Shown: positions 37,555 through 47,269, counted from the first letter of the stretch. The stretch is DNA of 64,000 nucleotides from Rickettsia typhi (GCA_945881985.1 CAMCVL010000003.1:64421-128420); one strand, 5' to 3'. Program-made: numbers and translations. The notes: a model not told the origin generated them from the letters alone.

Positions 37555-38592
37555 ATGACAGAGTTTTTACAAAGCTTAAAATCGATATGGTCTATCAATA
37601 AAGATAGACTTAATGATATTGCAACCGAAGAAGCTGTAAAAATGTCTATCATAGCCCCAGTTTTAAATGCAATTGGTTATAATGTATTTGATATTACAAA
37701 AGTTGTCCCTGAATTTACCGCTGACATTGAGGGTAAAAAAGGTGAAAAGATAGATTTTGCTCTTAAAAAAGATGGCAAAACAGTAATCCTTGTAGAATGC
37801 AAATCCTTGAGTTCAAATCTTTCAAATGAACACATATCTCAAGTAAGAAGATACTTCGGTAACAGAAAGATTGTGAACGATGCTAAATTTTGTATACTGA
37901 CAAATGGCAGGGTATGGAAATTTTACTCCGATATAGAAAGGGAGAATGCTCTTGATGACGAGCCATTTTTTGAATTTAATTTGGATTCTATATCCGAATA
38001 CCAAGCCGATATGATTCTAAGGTTTAATTACGATAACTTTGATGCAGTACAGATATCTAATTTTGCCAAACAATCAAAATACAATACAATTATAAAAAAA
38101 ACCTTGGCGACTAACTATGCAAATCCTAGTTTGGAATTTATGAAATTTTTAAATTTTTACAACGGTAGATTTACCGATGCTGTAAGTGATCAAATGTCTA
38201 AAATTGTTAAATGTGCATTTGAAGATTTTGTTGGAGATATAGTAAAAGTTGCAATGACAAGCATATCAACCCCAAAAGAAGCTCTTGTTACTAGTGATCA
38301 AAAATACGAGCTAACATCAATTGAACTTGATGCTTTTAATATCGTTAAGGCAATATGCTGCGAGTTTATTGATGTTTCAAGAATATCCCATCGTAAATTT
38401 ACCGATTCTTTTTCGATAATGCTTGACAATAATCAAAGAAGACAAATTGTTAAGCTGTTTTTGTCGCAAGAACCCATGGTACATATTTATTGCGATTCCA
38501 GCACCCCTCAGCCAATTAAGCTTAAATCAGTCACAAACCTCTATCAGTACAAAAATCAATTATTGCAAGCAGTTGCCAAATGGAATGTTTAG
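37555..38592 (+). CDS. PD-(D/E)XK nuclease-fold protein with type I restriction enzyme HsdR N-terminal-like domain (function unknown)
   Basis: EEAVKMSIIAPVLNAIGYN...EKIDFALKKDGKTVILVECKSL...ILTNGRVWKFY is the D..E.K core typical of the HSDR_N-like family. The C-terminal part resembles the conserved tail of the same orphan family. The ORF begins directly after the rplE stop. Confidence 0.6.
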   Translation: MTEFLQSLKSIWSINKDRLNDIATEEAVKMSIIAPVLNAIGYNVFDITKVVPEFTADIEGKKGEKIDFALKKDGKTVILVECKSLSSNLSNEHISQVRRYFGNRKIVNDAKFCILTNGRVWKFYSDIERENALDDEPFFEFNLDSISEYQADMILRFNYDNFDAVQISNFAKQSKYNTIIKKTLATNYANPSLEFMKFLNFYNGRFTDAVSDQMSKIVKCAFEDFVGDIVKVAMTSISTPKEALVTSDQKYELTSIELDAFNIVKAICCEFIDVSRISHRKFTDSFSIMLDNNQRRQIVKLFLSQEPMVHIYCDSSTPQPIKLKSVTNLYQYKNQLLQAVAKWNV

Positions 38593-38889
38593 TGTGTATT
38601 AAACGAATATCTCTTACCCCCTTTTGCAAAATCAACATAAAGTCCCAGTTCTTTGAAGCTCTCTTGCCATCAGTCGTGCAAAGCTAGCAGGCGAAAATGG
38701 CCAATTAGGGCAAGGGTGCGGTTTAAGTTCTGTCTTTTAAATGCAAAACTACAATACAAATCCCATTTAACATCAATCTTATAAATTTACCATCTTTTCC
38801 TTATCACTAAAGCCATGGGGTAAAAGGTGTATTGCCTTTCAATAAAAAGATACGGAGCCGAATGAAAATTGGCATTGTACCAAACATTA

Positions 38890-38920
38890 TACAAAGTAGG
38901 CTCTTGACTAGTTAAGAGGA
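38890..38920 (+). repeat. IS1595-family element end motif, copy B (contiguous with the transposase remnant)
   Basis: TACAAAGTAGGCTCTTGACTAGTTAAGAGGA. Its reverse complement encodes the last transposase codons (..NPLN-stop) followed by TCAAGAGCCT. Confidence 0.65.
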
Positions 38921-39290
38921 TTTTTTCTCACTAATTTTAACAAAATTTGGCAGAGATTTTTATCCTTATTGTTATGTCAAAACTTAAACTAAGCTTCCTT
39001 TAAATGCAAGATAAACTTATCAGAATTTATTCCGTTAAACTTAGAGAGCCTTCTTTTGCAATAACTCAAAACTTTAATAAAATAAAAGCTTCTATACCAT
39101 TTACATGGCACTTACCCCAAATGATTAAAAGGAAGCAAATTCATTATGAGAATGAAATACCCTATAATGATCATAACCATTTAAAACAAGTCTATCATAT
39201 GCCATCCATCCATCTGTATTTATGGTGCTGACTGTGCTTACGATGGTAAATAATCTTAAAAACAAAAAAGTAATAAGGTAATTTTAGATT
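38908..39290 (-). pseudogene. IS1595-family (ISXO2-like, DDE_Tnp_IS1595) transposase, decayed 3' fragment
   Basis: Minus-strand hand translation gives STINTDGWMAYDRLVLNGYDHYRVFHSHNEFA, a frameshift, ..SYCKRRLSKFNGINSDKFILHLKEA, stop, FKF, stop, HNNKDKNLCQILLKLVRKNPLN, stop. This matches the conserved C-terminal half of IS1595-type transposases. There are at least 3 internal stops and at least 1 frameshift, and the N-terminal half is missing. Confidence 0.7.
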
Positions 39291-39401
39291 TTTGCATTTA
39301 CCAAAAAATTTATAAAAAACTTTACTATAATTTTTTTTGATGTAGACTTTTTTGTATTAAAAAATATTTGTTATATTATTATCAATTAATCCTTTTAGAT
39401 T

Positions 39402-39845
39402 ATGGCAAAGGCACAATCTGCAAGACCAACTTCCCCTCATTTACAAATTTACAAGTTTCAAATTACAATGTTCACATCAATCTTTGGTAGGTTGTGTGGT
39501 TTTGTTACATTTGCAAGCATCTTAGCTTTTGCTTGGGTATTGATAATTGATGTTTTTGGCGGCATGGGTGCAAGTAAAGCAATACTTGACCATAGCTTAC
39601 TTAGCAAACATTCTGCTGTTTTCTACCTATCTGCTGCGGCTGTTTTTGCTTTGCTTTTTTGCCATATCTTTTATTTTTTTGCCCTTTGCCGCCACTTAGC
39701 TTGGGATTTTGGCTATTGTCTTGAGCTTAAAACCTCCCGCATTTTAAGCTTTGCAATGCTTGGTGTTGCATTTGTTATTGCTTTTTACTTAGCTTACAAA
39801 ATAGGTGTTGCTTGCCATGCTATATCAGCATCAATGATGTATTAA
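39402..39845 (+). CDS. sdhC: Succinate dehydrogenase cytochrome b556 subunit
   Basis: RPTSPHLQIYKFQITMFTSIFGRLCGF plus three TM helices. Confidence 0.85.
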   Translation: MAKAQSARPTSPHLQIYKFQITMFTSIFGRLCGFVTFASILAFAWVLIIDVFGGMGASKAILDHSLLSKHSAVFYLSAAAVFALLFCHIFYFFALCRHLAWDFGYCLELKTSRILSFAMLGVAFVIAFYLAYKIGVACHAISASMMY

Positions 39846-39855
39846 TTTTATTTTC

Positions 39856-40380
39856 ATGAAAATTGCTGTTGGTCGCGGGGTTTACGATATACCATCTCCG
39901 TCAAATCAGCAAATTGAATCCGCCTTGCTAAAGCTAACATCCGACCTAAACCGCAAAGTTAATAGCGTAATATCAACAAATGGTTTTAAAACCCAATCAA
40001 ACGAATTTATCTTATTGACAACGGCACTTGAGTTATTGCATGAGTTAAACACAATCCGTGCGGAACTTGAGACCCAAAAACTTAATCAAACAAACAATGC
40101 GGCAGCTAAAGGCGGTGCGGACAGCGATAGAATAGACCATTCCAAGGCAAAACAGCTAACCCTAGAAGACGCAATTGAAAGCGACACAAACCATCAAGAT
40201 AAAATGGATAATCAATTTGCAAATCAAAACGAAACTCAAAACGATGAGCATTTGCAACAAATAACTACCCATCCATCTGATGTAAAAAATAATCAATACG
40301 ACCTTGTAGTTGAACACCTTGAGGATTTGCTAACTAGACTGAAAAATGCTTTATTGCAAGAACCTGCAGAGAGTATTTAA
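39856..40380 (+). CDS. Possible cell-division protein ZapA-like with long Q/N/D-rich tail
   Basis: MKIAVGRGVYDIPSPSNQQIESALLKLTSDLNRKV...EFILLTTALELLHELNTIR parallels the ZapA pattern (I.I.GR.Y...C......L..AA..L...). By-eye match only. Confidence 0.45.
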   Translation: MKIAVGRGVYDIPSPSNQQIESALLKLTSDLNRKVNSVISTNGFKTQSNEFILLTTALELLHELNTIRAELETQKLNQTNNAAAKGGADSDRIDHSKAKQLTLEDAIESDTNHQDKMDNQFANQNETQNDEHLQQITTHPSDVKNNQYDLVVEHLEDLLTRLKNALLQEPAESI

Positions 40381-40389
40381 TCTTAAGCT

Positions 40390-41157
40390 ATGGAAGAGTT
40401 AGAGCTACATTCAAGGTCAATCATACTCAACGAAATAGGCATGGAAGGTGTTGCAAAACTAAAAAAATCTGCCGTGCTTGTTATTGGGGCAGGTGGTATT
40501 GCAAGTTCTGCCTTGCAGCTTTTAGCATCAAGTGGCATAGGTGATATTTGGATTGTTGACTTTGACACCCTAAGTCCATCAAACCTACAAAGGCAAACAA
40601 TTTACAAATATGCAGATTGTGGCAAAAGCAAGGTCAATCTTGCTGCAGATTTTTTAAGGGGCTTAAATCCATTTGTCAGTGTGCACCCTTTGCAAGCTAT
40701 TTTAAACGAGGAGAGCTTTGAAAGCTTTAAATCTCTCGTGGTAAAAAACAATATTAACTGCATAATTGACACAAGCGACAATTTTAACACAAGGTTAATC
40801 ACAAACAATTTAAGCATTGCAACCAAAACTCCGCTCTTGTCGGCAGCTTGCATAGCATTTACTATTCACTTATACTGTTTTAAAGGCTACGAGCAGAACA
40901 TGCCTTGCTACGCATGTTTATTTGCATCGCCAGATGATGTTAGGTCCTGTGCCAATACAGGTGTTTTTGCCCCTGCGGTTGCAATTAGCGGTAGCCTACT
41001 TGCTTGCCAAGTATTAAAATATTTACTAAAAATTAACGATAAAGATATGTTTTTGCAAATGCTTGTGATGGATGCAAAAAGCCTTGCAACTCGCATCACT
41101 AAGATAAAAAAAGATACTCAGTGCAAGTGTTGCAGTGGCAATGTTGCGTCAAATTAA
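40390..41157 (+). CDS. ThiF/MoeB/HesA-family adenylyltransferase
   Basis: SAVLVIGAGGIASSALQLLASSGIGDIWIVDFDTLSPSNLQRQ and CxxC pairs (CYAC, CKCC). Confidence 0.8.
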   Translation: MEELELHSRSIILNEIGMEGVAKLKKSAVLVIGAGGIASSALQLLASSGIGDIWIVDFDTLSPSNLQRQTIYKYADCGKSKVNLAADFLRGLNPFVSVHPLQAILNEESFESFKSLVVKNNINCIIDTSDNFNTRLITNNLSIATKTPLLSAACIAFTIHLYCFKGYEQNMPCYACLFASPDDVRSCANTGVFAPAVAISGSLLACQVLKYLLKINDKDMFLQMLVMDAKSLATRITKIKKDTQCKCCSGNVASN

Positions 41158-41256
41158 AAAAATAGTTGCTTTGCAAAAAAGCGATGGTAAAATTGTATTC
41201 TGTAACGCTATTTTGGTTTTGTTGTTACTGACTGTAAAAATTAAATTAATTATACT

Positions 41257-41865
41257 ATGAAAAAATTTACAAACATATCCTCTGTAATTGCCCCTTTGTT
41301 AATTACAAATATTGACACAGACATGATAATTCCTAAAGATTTTCTAAAAACCCTCAAAAGGGCTGGGCTTGGCAAAAATCTTTTTCACGAAATGAGATAC
41401 GCCAAAGATGGTAGTGAAATTGAAGATTTTGTACTCAACAAACCTGAGTTTAAAAATGCAAAGGTCTTGCTTGCTGGGGATAATTTTGGCTGCGGGTCCA
41501 GCAGGGAGCATGCACCTTGGGCTTTAGCAGATTTTGGTATTGAATGTGTAATTTCAACATCCTTTGCGGATATTTTTTACAGCAATTGCTTTAAAAATGC
41601 AATCTTACCAGCCGTTGTTAGCAAGGAGGTTTATGATGCTTTGGTGCAAATTGTTAAAGAGTCAAATCATGCAACTGAAGTAATGGTTAATCTTGAGGCA
41701 AAACAAATTGCGTGCAAAAATCAAACATTTAGTTTTAGCTTGGACGATGCTCTTAAAACAAAACTTGCCGAGGGTCTAGACGACATTGCAAGCACCTTAA
41801 GGCACGAGGCTGCAATTAGCACTTTTGAGGCTAATGATAGCAGATATTGGCTTAAAGTATCTTAA
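41257..41865 (+). CDS. leuD: 3-isopropylmalate dehydratase small subunit
   Basis: [15 protein letters not shown].. and [22 protein letters not shown]. Confidence 0.88.
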   Translation: MKKFTNISSVIAPLLITNIDTDMIIPKDFLKTLKRAGLGKNLFHEMRYAKDGSEIEDFVLNKPEFKNAKVLLAGDNFGCGSSREHAPWALADFGIECVISTSFADIFYSNCFKNAILPAVVSKEVYDALVQIVKESNHATEVMVNLEAKQIACKNQTFSFSLDDALKTKLAEGLDDIASTLRHEAAISTFEANDSRYWLKVS

Positions 41866-41892
41866 GTTCAATTGGAGGTTAGTTAGCGACCA

Positions 41893-42213
41893 ATGACATA
41901 TGTAGTAACAGACAACTGCATAAAGTGCAAATACACCGATTGTGTTGAGGTTTGCCCAGTGGATTGCTTTTACGAGGGTGAGGATATGCTTGTTATAAAC
42001 CCAGAGGAATGCATTGACTGCGGCGTTTGCGTGCCAGAATGCCCCGCTGATGCCATAAAACCAGAGTCCGAAAATTTAATTGACTGGATAGACTTAAACC
42101 GCAAGTACTCAAGGCTTTGGCCGGTAATCACTCAAAAACAACCCCACAAACCAGATGCAAAGCAATACGATGGAATGCAAAACAAGCTTGAAAAATTCTT
42201 TCAGGGCTCTTAA
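41893..42213 (+). CDS. fdxA: 7Fe ferredoxin (3Fe-4S/4Fe-4S, FdxA type)
   Basis: [41 protein letters not shown]. Confidence 0.9.
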   Translation: MTYVVTDNCIKCKYTDCVEVCPVDCFYEGEDMLVINPEECIDCGVCVPECPADAIKPESENLIDWIDLNRKYSRLWPVITQKQPHKPDAKQYDGMQNKLEKFFQGS

Positions 42214-42237
42214 TACTAAACCCATTTGTAAATATTC

Positions 42238-43545
42238 TTAGCTACAAAAATCCTCCGCAAAAAGCTTAATGGCATTTGTAATTTTAATCAAATCCTTCTC
42301 CTTAATCACAAAGGGCGGCATTGTATATATTGCAATTGTGCCATTTTGTGAATAAAATGGTCTTAGCCAAACGCCCTGCTTAACAAAAAATGCTCGCACA
42401 TCGTTTATATCTACATTTGTTTTTAAAGGCAATGCCTCAGCAACGGCCATGGCACCAAAAATCCTCACATCCATTATGCCTTTTAATTTTTTTAAGGGCT
42501 GTAAATGAATAGTTAATAAATCTTGAATTTTTGCAACTTTTTTTGCGTAATCCGTTTTGTTAAAAATTGCAATACTTGCAATTGCAGCGCTACATGCAAT
42601 TGGATTTGCCATAAAAGTAGGACCGTGCATCAATGGCGAGGATTGGCTTTTGTTAAAAGCATCAAAAATCTTTTGTTTAACGGCACATGCCCCAAGTCCA
42701 ACAAAGCCCCCTGTTAAAGCCTTACTTAAGGTGATAATATCTGGAGTAAAGTTTAAAAAGCTAAACGCAAAAGGCTTACCTAATCTGTAAAAACCAGTTG
42801 CACATTCATCAAATATATTAAGAATATTATATTTTTGTGTTATACTGCATAGCTTGTCTAGCTTTGCAGGCTCGTACAAAATCATGCCACATGCACCCTG
42901 CAAAATTGGCTCGTATATTATGGCACATATATTGTTTTCTTCTTTTTTAAGAATCTCCTCAAACAATTCAAACTCTGGCTCAGATTGCGGCAGGTTTAGC
43001 CTTATTACATCTGGATTTTGTTGATTTGCAAAACTTACATCACTTAAGCCAGATGACACACTCATGCCGCCAGCAGTGTCGCCGTGATAGGAATTGCTAA
43101 AGCATATAATTTGCTTTTTATTAGCAAATCCAAGATTTTGATAATATCCTTTTGCAATTTTAAGTGCAACCTCTACCGCAACAGAGCCGGAGTCGCATAA
43201 AAACACTTTTTCAAAACTCTCGCCTGCACCGTCTTTTTGCAAGGATTGATGGCGTGCAGAGTTTAAAAAATTGCATAAATCTTGACTTAACCGCCGAGCC
43301 GGCAAGTGCGTTAAGCCAGCAAACATTATATGGGATAGACTTTTTACCTGTTTTACAACTGCCTTTTTTATAAATCTATTACCATGCCCGTGACATACCG
43401 ACCACCAAGAAGATATGCCGTCCACAAGCCAGCCATAATCTTTTGTATAAATCTTACAACCCTTTGCTTTTACAACATCCAGCTCGCCACAATGTTTGCT
43501 GGTGTTTGTATATGGGTGCCAAGCTTTGGATTTTGCCGATTGCAT
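42238..43545 (-). CDS. bioA: Adenosylmethionine-8-amino-7-oxononanoate aminotransferase
   Basis: WHPYT.., DGISSWWSVCHGHGN, class-III aminotransferase core, DECATGFYRLGK. Confidence 0.85.
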   Translation of the reverse strand: MQSAKSKAWHPYTNTSKHCGELDVVKAKGCKIYTKDYGWLVDGISSWWSVCHGHGNRFIKKAVVKQVKSLSHIMFAGLTHLPARRLSQDLCNFLNSARHQSLQKDGAGESFEKVFLCDSGSVAVEVALKIAKGYYQNLGFANKKQIICFSNSYHGDTAGGMSVSSGLSDVSFANQQNPDVIRLNLPQSEPEFELFEEILKKEENNICAIIYEPILQGACGMILYEPAKLDKLCSITQKYNILNIFDECATGFYRLGKPFAFSFLNFTPDIITLSKALTGGFVGLGACAVKQKIFDAFNKSQSSPLMHGPTFMANPIACSAAIASIAIFNKTDYAKKVAKIQDLLTIHLQPLKKLKGIMDVRIFGAMAVAEALPLKTNVDINDVRAFFVKQGVWLRPFYSQNGTIAIYTMPPFVIKEKDLIKITNAIKLFAEDFCS

Positions 43546-43557
43546 TTTAAATATTTA

Positions 43558-44709
43558 CTAACAATGCTTTTGCAAATTAAGATAAAAAAACATGGTTACC
43601 ATTAAAGATATCGGTAGCAAATTAAATAGGGCAATATAATATCCGCTTGTTAGAGTTTTTGCAAAGCTACTTAGCGAATAGCAAACAATAAAACAGATAA
43701 AAAAACTAAAGATGCAATAAATAATTTTTGCCACCACCGACACACTACGCTTTGGCAAATTAAACAAAAAAAACATTGGTATCAGGAGTGAAAGGCAAAA
43801 AAGCAATCCATTTGAAATTCTTGCATAAAATTGCTGCTCAAAAAGGCCATATGATAAATTTTGTTTTTTTAATTTAAAAATTTTAAATGGCAGGCTCGCA
43901 AAAGAAAATGCAAAAAGATCCAAATTTGCAGCATCTATCTTGTTAATAATAAGCTGAAAATCAATATCAAGAAGTCTACCGCCGGACCCATTATTATCTT
44001 TTGACTTTAAAACCACTCCGCCCAAAATTCCATTTGACATTAGCGATACATTTTTAATAACTTGCCAATCGTTAATATTGCGAGCGGATTGCTGATTTAA
44101 AGATGTATTGTAGGTTATAAGGTCAATTTGGTCCGCAAAAACAACAGTCTTGCCACCATCAAATGTTTTTTTGTAATAAGCATTTGTTAAATAAAATATA
44201 CTAAGACTACCAGAGGAATCTTTAACAAGCGAGATATTGTTATATTTTTTATTGAGAATTTTTTTATAAAATATAGCATCTGTAAAATCTTGCTCTGCAT
44301 AATTTAAAACCTTTACAAAAGAAGATTGCAAAACAAACAAATATAAAAACATGCATCCAGTGCAAAATAACATGCCAGACTTCATAATCTCAAACGGCTC
44401 AAGACCAAAGCTCATGCAGGACCTAATTTGCCCGCTGGAGTTTAAACTAACAAAAAGCCAAATAAAAGCAATTAATGCAACAAGCGGCATTGTCTCGGAT
44501 ATAATCTTGATTGACTTACTAAATGTAAAGCCTAAAAAATTTAAGATATGTGCTCCATCTGGCAATTTGGAGATATTGGATACGGCATCTAAAAAAAACG
44601 AAAGGAATAAAAACCCGCACACCAAAACACTAAAACGCAGGCTTAGCATCTTAAGTAAATGCCAAAACAATATATGCTTGGCTTTAATTTTAATATCAAA
44701 CATATTCAT
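43558..44709 (-). CDS. LptF/LptG-family (YjgP/YjgQ) permease, putative LPS export component
   Basis: The topology is 3 TM, then a ~130-aa periplasmic insert, then 3 TM, and the length fits. The assignment rests on architecture rather than on strong motifs. Confidence 0.5.
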   Translation of the reverse strand: MNMFDIKIKAKHILFWHLLKMLSLRFSVLVCGFLFLSFFLDAVSNISKLPDGAHILNFLGFTFSKSIKIISETMPLVALIAFIWLFVSLNSSGQIRSCMSFGLEPFEIMKSGMLFCTGCMFLYLFVLQSSFVKVLNYAEQDFTDAIFYKKILNKKYNNISLVKDSSGSLSIFYLTNAYYKKTFDGGKTVVFADQIDLITYNTSLNQQSARNINDWQVIKNVSLMSNGILGGVVLKSKDNNGSGGRLLDIDFQLIINKIDAANLDLFAFSFASLPFKIFKLKKQNLSYGLFEQQFYARISNGLLFCLSLLIPMFFLFNLPKRSVSVVAKIIYCIFSFFICFIVCYSLSSFAKTLTSGYYIALFNLLPISLMVTMFFYLNLQKHC

Positions 44710-44841
44710 TAACACCACAATTGCTTTTGCTAAATTACTTTAACTTTGTATTTATTAAATGCAAGATTTAATATCTTGATATTTACAAAGCCAGTATTAT
44801 ATTTTATTTGTTATTGTTGTTAAGAATCCATTTTTATCGTT

Positions 44842-45969
44842 ATGAGTAAGGACTACTATCAGGTGCTGGGTGTAAACAAAAGCTCCAGTGCGGAAGATAT
44901 TAAAAAAGCTTATCGTAAGCTTGCAATGCAATATCATCCAGACCGCAACCAAGGCAATGCCGAAGCCGAGAAGAAGTTTAAAGAGGTTAATGATGCTTAT
45001 CAGGTTTTGGGAGACGATGAAAAACGCAAAAAATACGATGCTTACGGGCACTCCGATTTTACACAAGGTGGCTTTGGTGGTGCTGGTGGCGGTGCTGGGT
45101 TTAGCTCTGGCGGATTTGATTTTAGCGATATTTTTGATAGCTTTTTTGGCGGCTCTGGAGGGCGTAGGGGCGGCAACCCTTTTGAATCATCAGGCTCATC
45201 TCAGGCTGAGGGTAGCGATTTAAGATATAATCTTGAAATCACTCTACAAGAAGCATTTTTTGGCGTAAAAAAAACTATATCTTTTGAAACAATGCTTAAA
45301 TGCGACGATTGCGGCGGGCAGGGTGGCAAGGATATATCAACTTGTAATCAGTGTGGCGGCAGGGGCGTATCAAGAGTGCAAAGAGGCATGTTTATTATGG
45401 AACAACCCTGTAATGGATGTCAGGGCACCGGTCGCAAGGCAAAAAATCCATGTAAATCATGCTCTTCAAGAGGTTCTAAAAAGGGTAAAAAAACCATTGA
45501 AGCCGAAATACCAAAGGGTATTGAAAACGAGGCTCAAATTAGATATTCTGGGCACGGCGAGTACCCTGGGTTTGGCGGTAGGGCTGGCGATTTGTATATA
45601 TTTGTTAAAATTAAGGAGCATGATTTTTTTGTGCGTCAAGGCAAAGATTTGTATTGCAAAATTCCGCTAAAATTTACAACAGCAATTTTAGGCGGTGAGG
45701 TTGTAGTGCCCACTATTGATGGCAAGTCTATTGCGGTAAAAGTACCGGAAGGTAGCCAAAACCAAACAAAACTCAGGGTATCAGGCAAGGGAATGCCAAG
45801 TAAAAACGGACTCTACGGAGACATGTATGCCGAGCTTAGTGCCGAGGTGCCTGTTAATCTATCCGCAAAGCACAAGGCTATGATTGCCGAGATTGATGCC
45901 GAAATTGAGCTATCATCAAGCCCAAAGGCAAAAAATTTTATGGACAAAATTAAGCAGATGTTTTCGTAG
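44842..45969 (+). CDS. dnaJ: Molecular chaperone DnaJ
   Basis: J-domain ([13 protein letters not shown]), G/F region and four CxxCxGxG repeats. Confidence 0.96.
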   Translation: MSKDYYQVLGVNKSSSAEDIKKAYRKLAMQYHPDRNQGNAEAEKKFKEVNDAYQVLGDDEKRKKYDAYGHSDFTQGGFGGAGGGAGFSSGGFDFSDIFDSFFGGSGGRRGGNPFESSGSSQAEGSDLRYNLEITLQEAFFGVKKTISFETMLKCDDCGGQGGKDISTCNQCGGRGVSRVQRGMFIMEQPCNGCQGTGRKAKNPCKSCSSRGSKKGKKTIEAEIPKGIENEAQIRYSGHGEYPGFGGRAGDLYIFVKIKEHDFFVRQGKDLYCKIPLKFTTAILGGEVVVPTIDGKSIAVKVPEGSQNQTKLRVSGKGMPSKNGLYGDMYAELSAEVPVNLSAKHKAMIAEIDAEIELSSSPKAKNFMDKIKQMFS

Positions 45970-45972
45970 CTA

Positions 45973-46548
45973 ATGCTTTTTTTATTTTTAACAGAGCCTA
46001 CAAGTTTTGAAAAGACAAAAAATCTTAACTTCAATCAAAAACTTAACTCTTGCCTTGTAATAAGGGCTTACAATTGCAGAGCAGATGGTTTGCGGTTTTT
46101 ACAAAGCTGCAGAGGCTTTGGTGGCCTTGTGTTTTGCACAGACTGCAAAGAGGGCTTTGATGAATTTAATTTTGCAAAATTAAATAGCTTTGCAAATAGT
46201 GGCTACAGACAAATTAGCAAAGCCAAACTGCATATAAAGCAAAAAAGTCTTGGGTCTTGCTTTGCAGAAAACATTTTTAGCACTTCGGCACACAATGCTA
46301 AAGAACTTATTGCAGCAAAAAAGGCCGGATGCACAAATGTTTTTATTAGTCCGGTATTTGACACATTTAGCGACGGCAGGCATAAAAAGGGGCTTGGAGT
46401 TTTAAAGTTTTATCGCCTTGCTAGCTTTGCAAAAAAATTAAACCTTAATCCAATTGCTTTGGGCGGGCTTAATATGCGTAAGTTCACTAATCTGGCAAAA
46501 GTTAATAAGTTATACAATTTAAAAAGTTTTGCTAGGTCTTTTGCTTAA
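45973..46548 (+). CDS. Thiamine-phosphate synthase-like protein (ThiE/TenI family)
   Basis: ..FSTSAHNAKELIAAKKAGCTNVFISPVFDT.....NPIALGGLN resembles the TMP-TENI C-terminal half. The N-terminal half is divergent. Confidence 0.5.
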   Translation: MLFLFLTEPTSFEKTKNLNFNQKLNSCLVIRAYNCRADGLRFLQSCRGFGGLVFCTDCKEGFDEFNFAKLNSFANSGYRQISKAKLHIKQKSLGSCFAENIFSTSAHNAKELIAAKKAGCTNVFISPVFDTFSDGRHKKGLGVLKFYRLASFAKKLNLNPIALGGLNMRKFTNLAKVNKLYNLKSFARSFA

Positions 46549-46623
46549 AGATTGCTATTTTGATTGTTTTGTAAAATATTTTTGTCAATCTGTGAAAAAA
46601 TTAGTGATTTTTAAAAGTAAATC

Positions 46624-46652
46624 TTGACACAAAGAATTTTAGCTTTTAAAAT
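46624..46652 (+). promoter_or_regulatory. Candidate sigma-70 promoter for the rpsJ block (TTGACA-N17-TAAAAT)
   Basis: Consensus -35 at 46624-46629 and -10 at 46647-46652 with a 17-nt spacer, about 145 nt upstream of rpsJ. Confidence 0.45.
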
Positions 46653-46797
46653 GTGATTTACTTGTTTTTAAGTTAGGTTTATATTTACGGCTTTTTACTT
46701 GGCTTTTTGCCTTGTTTTATGCTAGTTTGTTAATATTAAATCTTTAAAATTTATACTAAGTTAATGCTTGGTAATTATTGTTTGTTATTAATTTTTT

Positions 46798-47211
46798 ATG
46801 AATTCCGTTAATAAAAAAGTTGCTGGCACATCTGCAGTTGGTGGTGCAAAAAAGCCTTTAGGTGGAGTAAAGCCTGTAGCAGCACCTCGTACAACAACAA
46901 AAACGATTCTTAAAATAAAACTTTCATCCAACAATATTAATCTACTTAACTCAACGGTTAAAACCTTTGTAACATCCCTTAAAAAGGTATGGTCAAAATA
47001 CTCTGGCCCAATTCCTTTACCTACAGATATTGAAAAATTCACTGTCAACAGGTCTCCCCATGTCTACAAAAAATCACAAGAGCAGTTTGAAATCAGGACT
47101 CACTCTATACTAATTGTTCTCAGAGACCCTAATCATGATGTTATTCAATCTATATCTGGCATTGAATTACCAAGCGGTGTTAATGTCAAAATTAAGGTTG
47201 AAAACTATTAA
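46798..47211 (+). CDS. rpsJ: 30S ribosomal protein S10 with ~34-aa basic N-terminal extension
   Basis: ILKIKLSS..GPIPLPTDIEKFTVNRSPHVYKKSQEQFEIRTH..LPSGVNVKIKV. The canonical core starts near residue 35. Confidence 0.9.
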   Translation: MNSVNKKVAGTSAVGGAKKPLGGVKPVAAPRTTTKTILKIKLSSNNINLLNSTVKTFVTSLKKVWSKYSGPIPLPTDIEKFTVNRSPHVYKKSQEQFEIRTHSILIVLRDPNHDVIQSISGIELPSGVNVKIKVENY

Positions 47212-47269
47212 TTTAACAATCATAGAGTTTTTAGTAAATTATAAATATTTTTCTTTTTCCTAGTATTTT

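Noticed and set aside
39004-39231. 75-aa plus-strand ORF in the 38.6-39.4 kb gap
   Set aside because: It lies antisense to the recognisable IS1595 transposase remnant and has no motif of its own, so it is treated as a shadow ORF.
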